A stretch of 64,000 nucleotides of DNA from Azolla caroliniana (Eukaryota > Plantae > Polypodiophyta): assembly GCA_043228905.1 (NCBI GenBank), contig JBHGNT010000012.1, positions 7,006,001 to 7,070,000 of the forward strand, written 5' to 3'. The notes below the pieces were generated by a model. It ran no database searches, was not told the DNA's origin, and worked only from the letters and a program-made list of their open reading frames with translations. Position 1 is the stretch's first letter, and each line of letters starts with the position of its first letter. A program made the translations under genes and the position numbers. This document shows positions 1 to 14,200 of the stretch, one piece after another.

Positions 1-83
1 TATTGCAAATGCATAAAGCGTTTTGTGCCATACTAACACCGATCATATGTGGAATATCTCTAAGTTTATGCACAAGTACACCC

Positions 84-87
<4 letters not shown>

Positions 88-120
<33 letters not shown>
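88..120. repeat. (CA)n microsatellite
   Basis: Perfect CA run. Confidence 0.95.
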
Positions 121-122
<2 letters not shown>

Positions 123-1239
123 CACAACACATTTGATGTTAGATTTTACATCTGAAACTTTGCTCTCTCATATGAAGTTAATTATGACACGTAGACAATG
201 TTCAAGGAATTTAAATGCCCAAATGTATAACGGGGAGTATGGTAAGAAAGTTAATACATGATCCACTTCCTTTAGTTGTATAACATAATTTATACATTTT
301 TTAGGCATCAATCGCTTCTTACAAACACAAGTTAAAGTTTCTGCTGAAATGGGGTGGTTCTCCCATGATGGTCAAATATTCGACAAGGCCTAAGTGGAAC
401 TACCAAGCACCCAAGTGGCTATTTCCGCCAATGACTCCCAATATTGTACAAGGGATGTAAATATGTATAGCTACGGTACAAGTTACCATAGTTGTGTTAC
501 CCAGATAACTTTGTTGCAAAAGAGTAGGTGGGATCATTTTGTCGTAAAAGAGGGGTGGGGATTATTACCAGATTTGTGGGGGGAAGGACAACGTGAGTTT
601 TGCGGAATTTGTTGTTGTTTTTGGTGTTGTTGTAAACTTGTATATATTGATCCCTCTAAGGTTAGTCCTTGTGAATCTTTGTGTTTGAACTTTGTTGTAT
701 TTTGTTTGCTAACTAATGCGAAGTAGTGTTTTTTTTTGGAAAAAAGGCCTTTTTTTAGGGATTGGTTGCTTGTAACAAATAGAAGTTAGTTAAATGTACA
801 ATTTTTTAAGGCCTTGGTCACTCTAAATCATTCAAATAAATCATATTGTCGTAAGTCCTAACAAAAACGATGTCCAATAAAGCTTTCATAGTTTTATACT
901 TTAAAAGGAACTTCTTTGACAAATTTATGTAAAAATGCGTACCCAATGTGTAATGCTAAGTTGTAAATATTAACCATCAAGTTTTTGTTTATATGTACTT
1001 TTCGAAACTAATGCCTTATATTTATTAAAGCAACAATGTAATGCATGCACTAAGCCAATATTAATACACCAATTCATTCCAAACAACTAATGCAAACTAT
1101 TTTGACAATGGCTTCGCTTGTACACTCAATTCACATCTTCAACATCTTTTCTTCGGTTGTCAATTGAGGTTTCTCACAAATTCATTCCCACTTCTCCCTT
1201 CCAAAAAATGTGAATCTTCTCCCACATTGATATTATGCC

Positions 1240-1370
1240 AAAAGTTAACTTTAAGATACAAAGCTTTCAAAACCATCACCTTCATACTTGACAAAATAAA
1301 TCCAAACCATCCTGGTATAATCATCAAAGAACATCACATAGCAAGTGGAGCTGCCAAGGCATGTGCATAA
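1240..1370 (-). pseudogene. Highly decayed Ty1/Copia integrase fragment
   Basis: The minus strand translates to CYVMFFDDYTRMVWIYFVK, which resembles the Copia integrase motif Y-x-x-x-F-x-D-D-x-(S/T)-R-x-x-W-x-Y. Confidence 0.6.
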
Positions 1371-1789
1371 CTAAATAAATGTCTTGTCTTGGTGTAAAGA
1401 TAACCATAACATTTATAAAGTTGGAACCTTGTATTCTAATCCCTTCTTTAAGTGTAGATGTACAACACCATTATTTTGGGGTCTTTTTTTTTTAACAAAA
1501 TATCTTTCCATTAGTTTTTGAAAAAGGCATATCAGCTACAACCTACAAAATAGGTGGAAAGGAAGTGACCACTGACTATCCTTCCCAATCCCATCTTGTG
1601 TAAGACAATGGCTAGCCATGGATCACATGATTACATTAATTGAGAGGTTAGATTTCAAGTAATCATCAAATGCCCTTGTTGGATGACAAGATGTTAAATG
1701 TGAGCATAGCTAGTACTTATGCTATTCCAATGTATATACCCATTGCTTGCATATAAGTTTACACAACAGATCTATATAAAGTGTCCCCC

Positions 1790-2176
1790 CCCCTTTTTTT
1801 GGTTGAAACGGCATTGTCTCTAACATTGCAATGTCTTCATCAAGTTGCCCAGAACGAGTGAATAGGTCGATCACACAGTTGTAATGCTCTAGTGTTGGAG
1901 AGAGACCATATTTTTCCATAGCTTTAAAGCACCTCTCTCCGATGCTGACAAGACCTCCATGTCTATAGACAGAAAGAACCTTAAGTAACATCACGCAATC
2001 TGAACCTATGCTTTGATTTGTGACCTCACGAAAGAGATGAAACACTTCCTCACACGCTCCACATTGTGCATGACTTGTCATTAATGCATTCCATGACATT
2101 GCAATTGATCACAACATTTCATCAAACACCTTATGAGCATCTACCATGATCCCACATTTTCCATACATGTCAATGA
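1790..2176 (-). pseudogene. PLS-class pentatricopeptide repeat (PPR) gene fragment, C-terminal motifs
   Basis: Minus-strand translation IDMYGKCGIMVDAHKVFDEML*SIAMSWNALM...LKVLSVYRHGGLV...EHYNCVIDLFTRSGQLDEDIAMLETMPFQP has typical PPR motifs. It contains an in-frame stop and has no N-terminus or E/DYW continuation. Confidence 0.85.
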
Positions 2177-4610
2177 TTGTATTTTGGGGTTATTAATATT
2201 CGTCATACTAAATTCTTCCTAATTTTGTGTTTAAGAATGCATAAAAAAGCTACAATGGAGGGGATCATCAAGGAGTTCGTTGTGAAATATAGAGGGAATG
2301 CATATATCCATGTGGAGGGTTGGTCGGGTAATACTCCAAGGTTATTGAGAAATAGCTCTAAGATCAAACAAAGTTGCCGGAGGTTAAGTAGGCAAGGATC
2401 TCTTCGGTTATTAAGCAATATGCCTTTAGAGGGCAAAGTTAATGTTTTCATTCAGAACTAACAATTCGTGCCCATTAACGTAAACTAAAATTATAAAGAC
2501 AAAAGGGGGACCTCTAGTTGTTATACTACATGTGATGGTGTTGATTGGAGAATACTCTAACCTGATTGAGAAGGAACTCTTTCATACTATCACGTGGACA
2601 CTATAGAACAAGGTCGAGAAAGGCAAGAGAAGCTCCTTGGATTTGTTGGTGTTACCTTTATAACGACAAATGGAAAAAATGGTAATGTGGTAATACATTT
2701 CTTTTCGGAGTAAACAATAAATGTGCATGATCTCAAATGAAACTCATAAAGGATACAATTATTGTTTTCACTCCTTTTGTCGAGGAAACAATGTTAATGT
2801 TTGTGAAGCTTTTCTTTTTTTGAGCAAACTAGTGTGCATGATCTTAAACAAAATGTAGAAATAGACATAATAATGAACACAACAGCAAACCCATGCCTCA
2901 TTACTACAACTCGTTACCTAAATGTTGAAAAGTGTAGTTCTGAATTTTAGAATCCCAATAAATTTATGAACTCATGGATCTATCATTGGTACTCCATATG
3001 GACAGTTAAAGTCTTTTATATACATTATGTTTAAAGTCAAGGATTTTGCATTGTATCATCAGCGAGGAATGTATTGTCTTATCATCAAATGAATGATTAA
3101 ACTCTAAGGTAACTAAATAGAATAATTCGTTGCTTAAAGTCAAAAGATTGCCATAATAAACAATTTATATTATAAAGTGGAAACCACCTTACCATAACCA
3201 GTGATGCTACAGGAACTCTTCATAATATCTTGCAAGTGCCCATTATGTATGCAATATGTGATTCAATATTTGTGTGCACAAACATGATTGATTCCTAATC
3301 TTATCTTTACAAGTATTGTCGGCAAGTGACAATACACCATGATAAGTGGTTCTAGTATGAGTTGCAAGTAAGTGAGAGACTTGCAAGAGAGAATATGCTT
3401 AGATGGAGAGAGAGAGAGAGAGAGAGAACTATTGAAAACAATTGTGTATATCACATGTAAGAAAACAACTTTTAGTATGAGGGAGATCATTAAGAGTGTT
3501 ATCCATCAATATTGTATAGACATCTCTAATCAATAAATTTGGACACACTTCACATAGCAAAGGAAAGAACCTAATATATACTATGTTGCTGATCTTGCAA
3601 GGAGGAGGACTTGAATTAATGCTGAATGATATCTTTCATACAATTTATAACATGCACAAAGAACTCAAGCATGATTTAAGTAGATTTTTCAATGTTGGGG
3701 AACATGTCCAATTGGATTATTCGATTTAACTATATTTCAAAGAAGGCCTTAGTTCATGCGTTCAATTTTATGTTTTCTAAGTTCTTGAGGGATTAAAATA
3801 GCAAACTTTGATTGAGTCGTAAGATTGAAAGGCTTAGGGAGCAAGATTTTCCATTTTGAGTCGTGTGGTTAGAGCATTTGTTAAGTTGGCCTTGGGTTTT
3901 ACTACTTTTCTTTTGTTACTATATTATTGTCCTAAGTACTTATATGATAGTATCAATGAAAACATGTGGTATAGTTGAGGATTTTCTAATTCTCATCATT
4001 TATATTTTGGGCAAGAAATTGAGCATGCAACTTTAATGAGGTCTCTAATATAAAATTTAAATATAATTGTATTTGGAAAGGAAAAAAAACACTTTCTTGA
4101 TTAATCACATATTTGAAGTTTCCAAAGTACTTGTGTATGTGAAGTTTTTCTTTTTTGTCGAGGTTGGTTCTACCTTCATTCACACTTTCTACTCATCATA
4201 TAGAGACTTTGTGGATTGCTTTTGATGATTATCTTGGGAAGGTTTGAGGTTCCTCTTCCCCTTATGGGTGGTATCCAATTTGGGCAATATTTTAATGAGG
4301 TTTAAAGTCCTTGTATTAAAGAGGATTGCAAATTGCAAAGGCTTTTACATTGTCGAGGTCTAGGAGTTATCAGAAATCTGGTAGATAAACATTGGAATTT
4401 GGCACCTTCCACAACTTTCAAGGCAAAGTTGTCACACCTTGGCCATCCAAATGCATAGCAAAGATATACATATAGTTTTATTGTTAACCCATTCATGAAA
4501 AAGAAGATCATAGTCAAAGAAACTCTGTGGTGTATGTTTCATAATAGTTTTTTCCTACTTGTGAGTTGTGTGTGTAAAAAAGGTTTATTAAGGACAATAT
4601 CTATTATCAA

Positions 4611-4616
<6 letters not shown>

Positions 4617-4646
<30 letters not shown>

Positions 4647-4650
4647 CTTC
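4617..4650. repeat. (TTC)n microsatellite
   Basis: Perfect TTC run. Confidence 0.9.
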
Positions 4651-5171
4651 TTTCCTACGACATTATTTATGTTGGAGATTGCAGTTTAAAAGGCAAACAT
4701 GCAACCTAGAAACTAGCATGCATTCAGTCGTTTCCAATGCCATTATTGACATTTAGCTACATAATGACAAGAATTGAATAACACAACTTGGTTTGGTAGT
4801 ATTGGGAAATTCAAGCTTGGTTAAATAAGGCCACAATCCAATTCCACCCTCTACTTGTAATTCTTTTATATTGTAATATCTTGGATTAAAAATTGATGTC
4901 TTCATGCGATCGAAATGATTTCATCGATTCTAAGATATAAAAACTATTTTGCGATCGTTTAAGTTACAGTATATTGAGTGAAAATGGCCAAGTGGGACAA
5001 GATGCCTTGACTTACATATCTAGTTTGAGAAGCCCCTTCAAATTTCAAGTATAGCCCTTGTAGGAAAGACTATGCTTGAATAGTACATGACAATAAGGTG
5101 TCGGTTAGAGAGATTCCATGTTCCATGTAGAGAGAATAGAAACATAAAAGATACCACTACATTGTCATACA

Positions 5172-5382
5172 TATATTCAAATAATGGCAACGAGTCATCG
5201 TTGTGTTTGATCGATCAGAAAACTGAATATACAATTCTTCTAAACTTACTTCTAATTCCTTAAACTCAATGCTATATTCAAATAATGGCAATGAGTCATC
5301 GTTGTGTTTGATCGATCAGAAAACTGAATATACAATTCTTCTAAACTTACTTCTAATTCCTTAAACTCAATGCTATATTCAA
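5172..5382. repeat. Tandem duplication, 2 x 101 bp
   Basis: The unit TATATTCAAATAATGGCAA...AAACTCAATGC starts at 5172 and 5273, and the copies are nearly identical. Confidence 0.9.
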
Positions 5383-6367
5383 TGTCATCATCATATGACA
5401 CATCATTGCTTCAATATCTTGACCTATTAAAAGGAAAGGTCTTGATAAGTTACAAATAATCATTGTTCAGAATACTTTAGAGTGCTTCCTATTATACTCG
5501 ATGATGAAACAATATTTCTAAGCCATTAACTAATATCTACAAGTCAAGAGTCTCATCTCACTCAAATCAAGCATTGTTTTATCACCAATTGTTCTCCTGC
5601 ATATGAAGTGTGAAAGAGACATCTTTGAGCACTACTGTTGTAGATAAAGGAAAGTAAGAAAAGCAATTATTCCTCTCATCACACTAGAATGCCCTTTTTG
5701 TACGATCCTTTGCACCCACAACATCTAATGTTCATCTAACAATATGATACCTCACATCAAGCTTTCATCTCTCACAAGGCCCACCCACGTGTCCATCAAT
5801 TTTTCGAGAACTCAAGTGGCTTAAAATGTCATCCAAACATTGTATTTCTTTGTTAGCACATTTGCCACCTTCAATAAATTATTGTTCACCATATCATATT
5901 GCATTATAAATGGGATCGAGTCTTCAAAATTTACTTGTAGGATCTGACCATATTCCTACTAACAATTTACAAGGCATATAAAGGTACAACTTCCTCCAAC
6001 TCACATGAAACATGCTAGAACAAGAATTTGATCATGTTTTAAAAAGTAGAGATATCAAAGGAAACCGTAAGCAATTGCCCTAAGACTTCACCAAAAGATC
6101 TAATCAAACTAAACAAAAGGAGGTTATTGAACAAATTCCAAAGATCTGAAAAAGACAAACGAAAGTGTGCTTGGTGACAACTTTTATAAGCGACAACTAT
6201 GAAATGCACATGTAGTTTAGACATCATCTAACACACCAGTTTGTATGGGGAGAAGTTTAGACATTGTAAGAATCAAACATCTGTAATAATGGGGTTTTAT
6301 ATATGAAATTGTTCTTTTTTTTCCCTTTACATGAGAGTTACATCCAAATACAAATCCCTCGCCAAAC

Positions 6368-6677
6368 AATCATACCAATTGGGTTACAAGTGTCTAGGCA
6401 ATATATGAGTCTCTGCCTCTCTCTCACACACATCACGTAACATATCAACCATCTTAAGTTAAGCTTCAATATATTTATATGTATCCAACCAAAATAACAT
6501 GCCTTACATAATCTGGCACAAGAATCATACCAATTGGGTTACAAGTGTCTAGGCAATATATGAGTCTCTACCTCTCTCTCACACACATCACGTAACATAT
6601 CAACCATCTTAAGTTAAGCTTCAATATATTTATATGTATCCAACCAAAATAACATGCCTTACATAATCCAGCGCAAG
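6368..6677. repeat. Tandem duplication, 2 x 155 bp, downstream of the small gene
   Basis: The unit AATCATACCAATTGGGTTACAAG...CCTTACATAATC starts at 6368 and 6523, and the copies are nearly identical. Confidence 0.9.
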
Positions 6678-6952
6678 AAAAGCACCTTCGGTTGTAAAAT
6701 CAATCTAAAAGAATATATAACAAGGTCCCAAAAAAAAGACATGCATAATATACAAAATACATGAGATTAAGTTAAAAAAGTGAGATTTTCTCCTTCTCTA
6801 CCCAAAAAACTCTTGTCGGAACATCACAGAGTGTAGCAAGAAGGGAACTGTAGGAAGGCTCAAGCAAAGACCATGCATAAGCAAAGACCATATCGAAGAA
6901 AAAGCCAAGCAACGACATTTAGTAAAGTCAAAACATAGACCATAGTTGGGAG

Positions 6953-7294
6953 TCAAGCAAGACCGGCCATGAATTCTTCAAAGTTCCAGTCATTGAAGAG
7001 GTCTCGGCGCACGGCGTGGCATCGAAGGAGGCGGGGGGTGTCATCGGACGTGAGAGAAGCATTGCGAGAAGGAGCCGGAGCTACTTTAGATCCCGAGTTC
7101 GAATCCCCATTAGGGAGAGGAGCTAAATGTTGTTGATGATTATGATGATTATGTCTATGTTGTGGAGGTTGTTGAGGCGTCTTCCTTGTAGTTGCCCAAC
7201 AACACGAGACTTCGATATCAGATCTTGTGGATTGGCTCCTCGCAAACTCTCGCGAGGTATCCATTGCAGGGCATATAATGCAGGCTAAGCTCAT
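6953..7294 (-). CDS. Conserved small plant protein of unknown function (113 aa; N-terminal MSLACxxC, C-terminal PRLLRCHAVRRDLFNDWNFEE)
   Basis: Intact ATG-to-stop ORF that is GC-richer than its flanks. The terminal motifs match my recollection of an uncharacterised land-plant family (MSLACLVCH...PRLVRSxAVRRDLVRDWNFDE). A Q/H-rich linker lies between them. Confidence 0.85.
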   Translation of the reverse strand: MSLACIICPAMDTSREFARSQSTRSDIEVSCCWATTRKTPQQPPQHRHNHHNHQQHLAPLPNGDSNSGSKVAPAPSRNASLTSDDTPRLLRCHAVRRDLFNDWNFEEFMAGLA

Positions 7295-7352
7295 TTCTCG
7301 TGCATTAAGTAAGTCAAGGGATGTTTGTTTGCTATGTTATGTCAATTCACGC

Positions 7353-7616
7353 CTGCGCAAAAATTTAAAGCACAGAATTTACATGCATTTTTTTTAAAGG
7401 GAAAAAAGAGGGTAAAACAAAACAAAATATTCTATTTTCTTCCATTATAGATTTCATTGGGATTTCCTTTTCCTTTTTTTTACCTCCTCTATACCACATA
7501 TTTACTATACATACATACATTCATACATACACACATGCATGCATGCATATATATGCAGAGCCATTTCTACCACATATAGATACACATGCACATGCATTTA
7601 GTCTTTCAAACCAGAT

Positions 7617-7656
<40 letters not shown>

Positions 7657-9140
7657 TGTACATACATACATACATACATACATACATACATACATACATA
7701 CATACATACATACATACATACATACATACACATATATATGCAAAGTACATGCATATTCAAACATTGTTTGGCTGCCCTCGTGTATACACTACCCATACAA
7801 CCAAACATGCAAATATACATATAAAGAAAAGGGGAACAAAAACTGACAGAAAAAACATGAATTTGTGGATACATTTCCAGGTTAAGTTTGTGGTGCTTTT
7901 TTTTCATAATTTCCTACTATGTTAACCAGGAAATAGAACACACATATAAATATACCAGTACTCTGTTTGTTTGACATACACAAACATAATCCTATGTAGT
8001 AATAATACAACATGTGTATTAAAAGTTGGGAAACCTCAAAGAGAGGAAAGAAAACCCAGAGAAACTATAAAAACCATGCATACACACGCCTGCCGGACAC
8101 ATGATGCGGACATATGTGCACATACACATACATATCTACATACATACACATGTTACATAAACACCTTGATCCTTGACACATACATTCAAGCACACAGATC
8201 TAGACATATATATCTTATTCCACCTTGTATGCATACATGTACAGATCTAGATACAACTTGTCACATACAGATCTAACTACATCCCGCTATGGATGTCCCG
8301 CCATTATCCATACAGACCTACATACATATTGCCATCATGAACATGACAAAACATATGCATTTATGTGCATACATCATCATGCAGGCAGCCATCACAATCA
8401 CACATACCACATACACCTGAGAGAACATCCAGAGGTACATGCATGCCTCTTCTTAAACACAATAAAACTTCCAAATACCCATGTACATAACCATTCAAAG
8501 AAACAGGAAGAAAAGCATATGGATCTGCCTTTTAGAAACACAATAAAACATACATATGTGGGTGGATACATCATCATGCAGAAAACCATCAGACTGTATG
8601 CATACCACATACCCAAATCTACATAAACACAACAAATCAGCCTTGTATTTTAATACAACAGTCAATCATCAAAATCACACATACCACTTACATACATGGA
8701 GGCCACATAAATATAAAGATACCCCATATACATACAGATACATATACCAGATACATATACATAAATACAAACCACATACACATACATATATACACATGTA
8801 CAAATACCAGATCTACATAAACCTTGCCTTCACAAACACCAACAATCCATGCCATGTCTGAACATATTACTATTTGAAAAGTGGAATTTGAGGTCACTCT
8901 CCACCTTCATAACTAGTACATTAACCAGCATATCTATCTATCTATCTCTCTATCTTGCTCTCTGCAATTAACATAACTCTCTGTAATTAGGCCCTCTGTC
9001 TAATTATAATTAGCACATCTTTCTGGCATCTTTCTCCTTAATTGGCCCCTCTATCTCTGTGTGTGTGTGTCTTGTCTCTGTCGCTGTGAATTACAAAGAA
9101 AACAGAGGAAAACAGTAAAGGGTGGGGGGAAGAGACAAAC
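7353..9140 (-). other. Putative 5'UTR intron of the 113-aa gene
   Basis: On the minus strand there is a donor CTCTCAG|GTTTGT at 9140 and an acceptor TTTTTGCGCAG|GC at 7353, about 58 nt before the ATG. The interior is rich in TG/TATG low-complexity sequence. Confidence 0.55.
7616..7738. repeat. Compound microsatellite (TA)n(CA)n(TACA)n
   Basis: Directly visible, and the source of the spurious YIHT-repeat ORFs. Confidence 0.95.
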
Positions 9141-9379
9141 CTGAGAGCAGAAGGGAGGAGAAAGCAAAGAGATTTTTGTGTGTTGTTTAGGGAGTGCTGG
9201 GTCATTGAAGGAGGGCAGAGGAGAGGGGAAAGGCAGGCAGGAAATCGCCCAAATTAAGCAAACAGAAGCAACATCAACAAAAAAGGGCTACAGAAAGACA
9301 CACTACACTCTAAATATGCCATCACTCTTTTCTTTTTCCTCTTCTTTTTCCAAAAACCCCACAACCAAGAAATACCTTT

Positions 9380-9690
9380 ACTTTTTTCTGCCTTCTGTTT
9401 TTTTCTGCTTTTTGCTTTTTTTGCTCTCTTGTTTCTTGCTTTTATCAGATCCAACCATTCCCCTCTTTTGCTTTCTGCTCTCTGTTTTTTTTGCTGTTTG
9501 CTGTCTGTTTTTTTTTTTGCTTTTTATCAGATCCAACCATTCCCTTCTTTTGCTTTTGCTTTTTGCTTTTGCTTTTTGCTTTCTGCTTTCTGCTTTTTTG
9601 CTTTTACATGAACCAATCTCTCTTTTGCTTTTTTGCTTTTCCGGCATTTGCTTTTATCAAGATCCAAGTTCTAACCATTCCTTCTTTGTA
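9380..9690. repeat. Degenerate repeat tract of GCTTTT(T) motifs with recurring TTTATCAGATCCAACCATTCC unit
   Basis: More than 20 GCTTT motifs, plus near-copies of TTTATCAGATCCAACCATTCCC at about 9441 and 9522 and a variant at about 9654. Confidence 0.75.
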
Positions 9691-10150
9691 TCGTATTGGA
9701 AACCCTAATGGACCACTTCGCATCGATACAGACCTGCCTTCTTTTCCGCATTCCAACTACATATAAGAAAGAGTGAGGGCTAAAAAAAACCCCCGAGTCG
9801 CTCGATTCACATTAGCGATCTGCTCTCTCCTTAGAAGAACTTGATTCGAAACTTATCCCACCCGGGGAACAATAAAAGAAGAGTCGCACTCTCTTCTCAA
9901 GTTGAACATTATGCAGATATCATTGATGGAATTCTTCGGCCCCTGTTTTTGTTTTTAACTCTGTTGGGCCCATATACACACATGCAGGAGAGACCATAGA
10001 AGCCACCCACACACCCCATGTGCTTCCACTCTGGCAAGTGGAATTCTGTGCTCCCACGCCCACTCCTTCACGTGCACCAGACGATCTTTTTACTGATCAC
10101 TTCCACCACCACCCCACCACTTGCACCCCCGACAAAAAACATATGACTAC

Positions 10151-10154
<4 letters not shown>

Positions 10155-10203
<49 letters not shown>
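10155..10203. repeat. (CT)n microsatellite
   Basis: Perfect run. Confidence 0.95.
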
Positions 10204-10205
<2 letters not shown>

Positions 10206-11167
10206 CATGCCATCCGCGAAAAAGGAATCGTCTTGTGCGGAAAGTTAAGGCTCGGAGATTGCTTGTCCCTCTCCCACATTGCCATCATTGACCCCACCTT
10301 CTTTCTTACATATTGTTAGCTTTTCTTACCGCTGGGGTCTTTTTACACTTTATCCTTCGCATATAGTTGAGTGCATTCGAAATTGGTCATACCCCATCAA
10401 TTAAATAATCCCCCCCCCCCCCCCCCCCCCCTTACAAATAATACTTGTTAAAATGCTCATTGATTGCTAGATTCTTAAAGTAATAACTCTTCTCCAAATG
10501 AATATTTGTATGTGTGTGTGTGTGTGTGTATGTAATCATTTTATAGTTACTAAGACCCTAGGTTTACAAAGTTTGTGGAATTTAGGTTTAACAGAGCATG
10601 AGTATTTCTGACAACAACATGATAATGTGACATAAAGTATATCACGTCATATAGGTTATTGAAAATGATAGGAAAGTTATCTCCCGATAGAAAATGGTCT
10701 ATCTCAATCGAATAGTTGGAATATAATAAACTATAGCAAATCATTACATGCTAAACCAAGATGTGGAAACATTACCTTTATACATGATCTAAGAGACTTT
10801 AGACACCCCCATCAATTCGATCTGACCAAATTGTGGCTTATCAATTTACAATCTTATGTTTATATTATGAATGCACCCATTGCATGATTAGAATGGTAAA
10901 ACAAGTGTAACCTCACAATTTCAAGTTGCAAGCAATTGTTTTGATGTTATGCTCTTGGTAGAAAGAATCTTCATACTTTTACGCTTGAGGATCATCTACA
11001 CTCATAAGTTTCTCCCAAAATTTGCTTTGGAAGTTTCACTTAGGAGGTCAAAACAATATCTTTCCTCACAAAAGGCAATGTTAACAAGGAGAAGAATGAT
11101 ATGCAAGCCAATTAGTCCACAATGAGTGCTTAACGTAAAATTCCAAAGGTTGTAAGAATGAAAAAAA

Positions 11168-11277
11168 GTTGTTTAACATCTAAGTTCAATTGAATATAGG
11201 CAACACATATAAAATTTTGAATGTTGTTTAACATCTTAGTTCAATTGAATCTAGGCAACACATATAAAAAATTGAAT
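11168..11277. repeat. Tandem duplication, 2 x 55 bp
   Basis: GTTGTTTAACATCT-AGTTCAATTGAAT-TAGGCAACACATATAAAA occurs at 11168 and 11223. Confidence 0.85.
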
Positions 11278-14200
11278 GAACCGAGAATATTCAATTAACA
11301 TCTCAATTCTCATTGATTGTTACATTCACACAAATACTGTTTGGTATGTATTTATGTCAATAGATCACCTAATACTCATATCATGTGTCCAATTATACCA
11401 TGTTTGTTCATGTTGCATTTGTGCCTTGTTCCATGACCTTGTCTTCATGCCCATGATTGTATGTAGCAATATTAAATTTTTATTTGCTTGCTATGTTGTG
11501 AAACTCAAGAGCAATATCAAATTCTAGAGTATTGTTCTAGCAACATTTGTATGTATGTACTGTTGAAATCCTTGTTGCAAGTATATTGTTCCAATCTATA
11601 TAACGAGAGCAACATAGGTTATTTTTTTATATTAAGAACAAATAGGATAATTATATATCAGCAAATAAGTTTACATCGAAGATGTGATGTGAAATTGCAA
11701 AAAATTATAAAGAAAATGATATGAAAGCTATTTAAAACCTTAAGTTGATGAAATATAAGGAAAATTATAAAAGGATTTTCTGTGTTAGAATTATATTTTT
11801 GGAATGCTTTATTCATGTGTTGAGGATTATTGGATAATGTGGAATGCTAAGTAGATTATATCTCATGCTCAATCAATTACCAAGAAGCTCAATTGTTGTA
11901 TCAATAATATAAAAGGTTAGCTACAATTGTGGCACTCAATTCTCCATTGTTCATTCTCTGGTCTATGGTTATCCTCGGTCTAAGTTGAAGTACATGCTTC
12001 CCACTTCATCATCTATAATGTGCACACCAATTTTAACATACAAGATAACGCCCTTGGGTGTAGTAAATATATTATTAGTACCTCAAGACAACTTCAGAAC
12101 GTTAGCTTAGGGGATATATGGTTGGGTGCCAAAAATGCAACATGTTTTAATTAATAAATTGATTTGTTCTTCTAGCGAACTCTAGGGTGTTAGATCAAGG
12201 GATTATTGGGTGTTCTACATTCAACTTATTTATGTGATTAATTTATTATATTAAATATGTGATTAAAAGATTGTGACTCTGGCAATTTATTTAGAACAAT
12301 AAGGTGTCTTTGTTTTTGCTTCATTGTTTGTTGTTTATATTAACTTTGGTGCTAAATGGATTCACCTCGATCATGGTTGGATATTTATCAACCTATTCTT
12401 CTATTGATTCATAAATTAGTATGGTTACGAAGTACATCGAGCTGTAAAGTTGTGATTCATGGATCATTGTTACTTTTATGGAGTTTGTGTTAAGACGTTG
12501 CATGATTGTAATGAATGGATGAGGGATACAAGTCACATTCATCATGATAGCATTTACGATATGTTTGATGAATGGTTGGTGGTGATGTTCAATGTTTGGC
12601 ACATTTATATTGCCAATCCTTTCTTCATTGAAAGAGAGGATAGGAGACCACATGAATATGCATAACTTAAAGGGACATCATTTTTTTCATCTTTGTCTTG
12701 TGGAAAAGTTTCAATCCTAATGATAGTAGAACAAATTGGCAATGCAAATTTCTCAAAGTATGAGATGTCGATGTGGCATGACATCAAGCTATAAATTTGT
12801 GTGTAGGAGCTTAAGCTAAACATATGCATAATATTAATTCAATGTCAAATGCATTGTTGCCAAACTAAACCCACCCCTCTATGTTGTAAGGCACAATATG
12901 TACTACTACACCATTATGGATTTAAACACAATAACTAATCTAGATGTCTAAATCTCCTTTTATGATGTATAAAGGCAATGCTCCAATCTTGTGTTTTTTC
13001 ATGCAATGTCTTCTTTTAGTTAGTCTTTCACTACTGCATTTTCTAGATTTATTGGGGCTCTTCATAGTATCGTCATGACAAGTATCGTATTTTGTATTGA
13101 TTGTGCTACAACTATATATGGTGGTCATGAAACGTGGAATGATAAGGATTAGTAAACGTTTTCCTTCTTTCTCATAGGTTATATCTTAATACGTGATATG
13201 CTATTCCGGTTATACTTTAATCCTTTATATGTTATTCCCGATGCATTTTTGGAAGATTGATACATACATGGTAAATGGATATATTTTCTTGAAATATACA
13301 TAGACACTTTCTTATGCATTTCATGTATATACATGCATGCATTTATGTAGATAGGACCTTTGTTATTTGTCTTATGTATCTGTGCGCATGCAACTTGTCA
13401 GTATGTTGACTTACGTACAACCTTTGATATGAACATCCCCATGAATGTATATAGTATAGGGCAAATTGTAGTTGTGTGCCTATGTGGTATTTTGTATACA
13501 TATATTATAATGCATGAGTGTATGTGATGTATTACATGCATTACCTCTAGTTGTATGGGGCGAAAATGTATGTGATGCATTACATGCAGTTGTGTGTGCC
13601 TATGGATGTATTTGAAATACAATATAGTTTTTGGGGTGGGTTTCAAAGGTATTTAAAGTAAACCTTAAGAATCGTGATTCGTTATCAAGACCGGTCACTT
13701 GATTGTGGTGTTATTTGCGCACTTACTTATAATCATCTAAATTTACTTGAGGTCTTTTTTAGTTTAATAAGCATGGATGCAACATGATTACATAATTCTA
13801 ATTTTGACACTTATATCAGGTTGCAGAAACATTGGTTTAAAGCAGGCATTGGTTTCAACGACATTGGTTTCTTGGAGGCATGCTTTTATCAAGTTGTAAA
13901 GACGCCTTATTTTCTTTCCTTCAATAAACTAAGCATGCTCTTATGTTGGTCAGTATATCCTTCATTTTTTAGATAGTATATACATGATCATATGTACATT
14001 TTTTTTAGATATGAGTTGGCTGGAGAAGCTGAGAGCTGAATTGGTTGAAGAAGCCGAATGTCCAATCAACTAAAGAAGTCGAATGTCGGATTGATTGAAG
14101 AAGCCGAAAGCCGGATCGGTTGGAAGTTGACATGTTGTTAGGGCCTACATTCCTATTTTAGTAATAGGAATATTATAGGCTATTTAGTGTTAGAGCTCAT

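Noticed and set aside
7521-8897. Multiple His/Thr/Tyr-rich ORFs
   Set aside because: They are translations of (TACA)n/(CA)n low-complexity sequence, probably intronic.
9178-9766. Hydrophobic (Phe/Leu/Cys) and Lys-rich ORFs that look like membrane or basic proteins
   Set aside because: They are produced by the GCTTTT repeat tract and are open in several frames on both strands.
10410-10431. Poly-C/G run as a G-quadruplex element
   Set aside because: It is a simple homopolymer with no supporting context, and its length may be unreliable.
12393-13128. Short ORFs in the AT-rich region, possibly a decayed transposon
   Set aside because: No motif, terminal repeat or TSD could be recognised.
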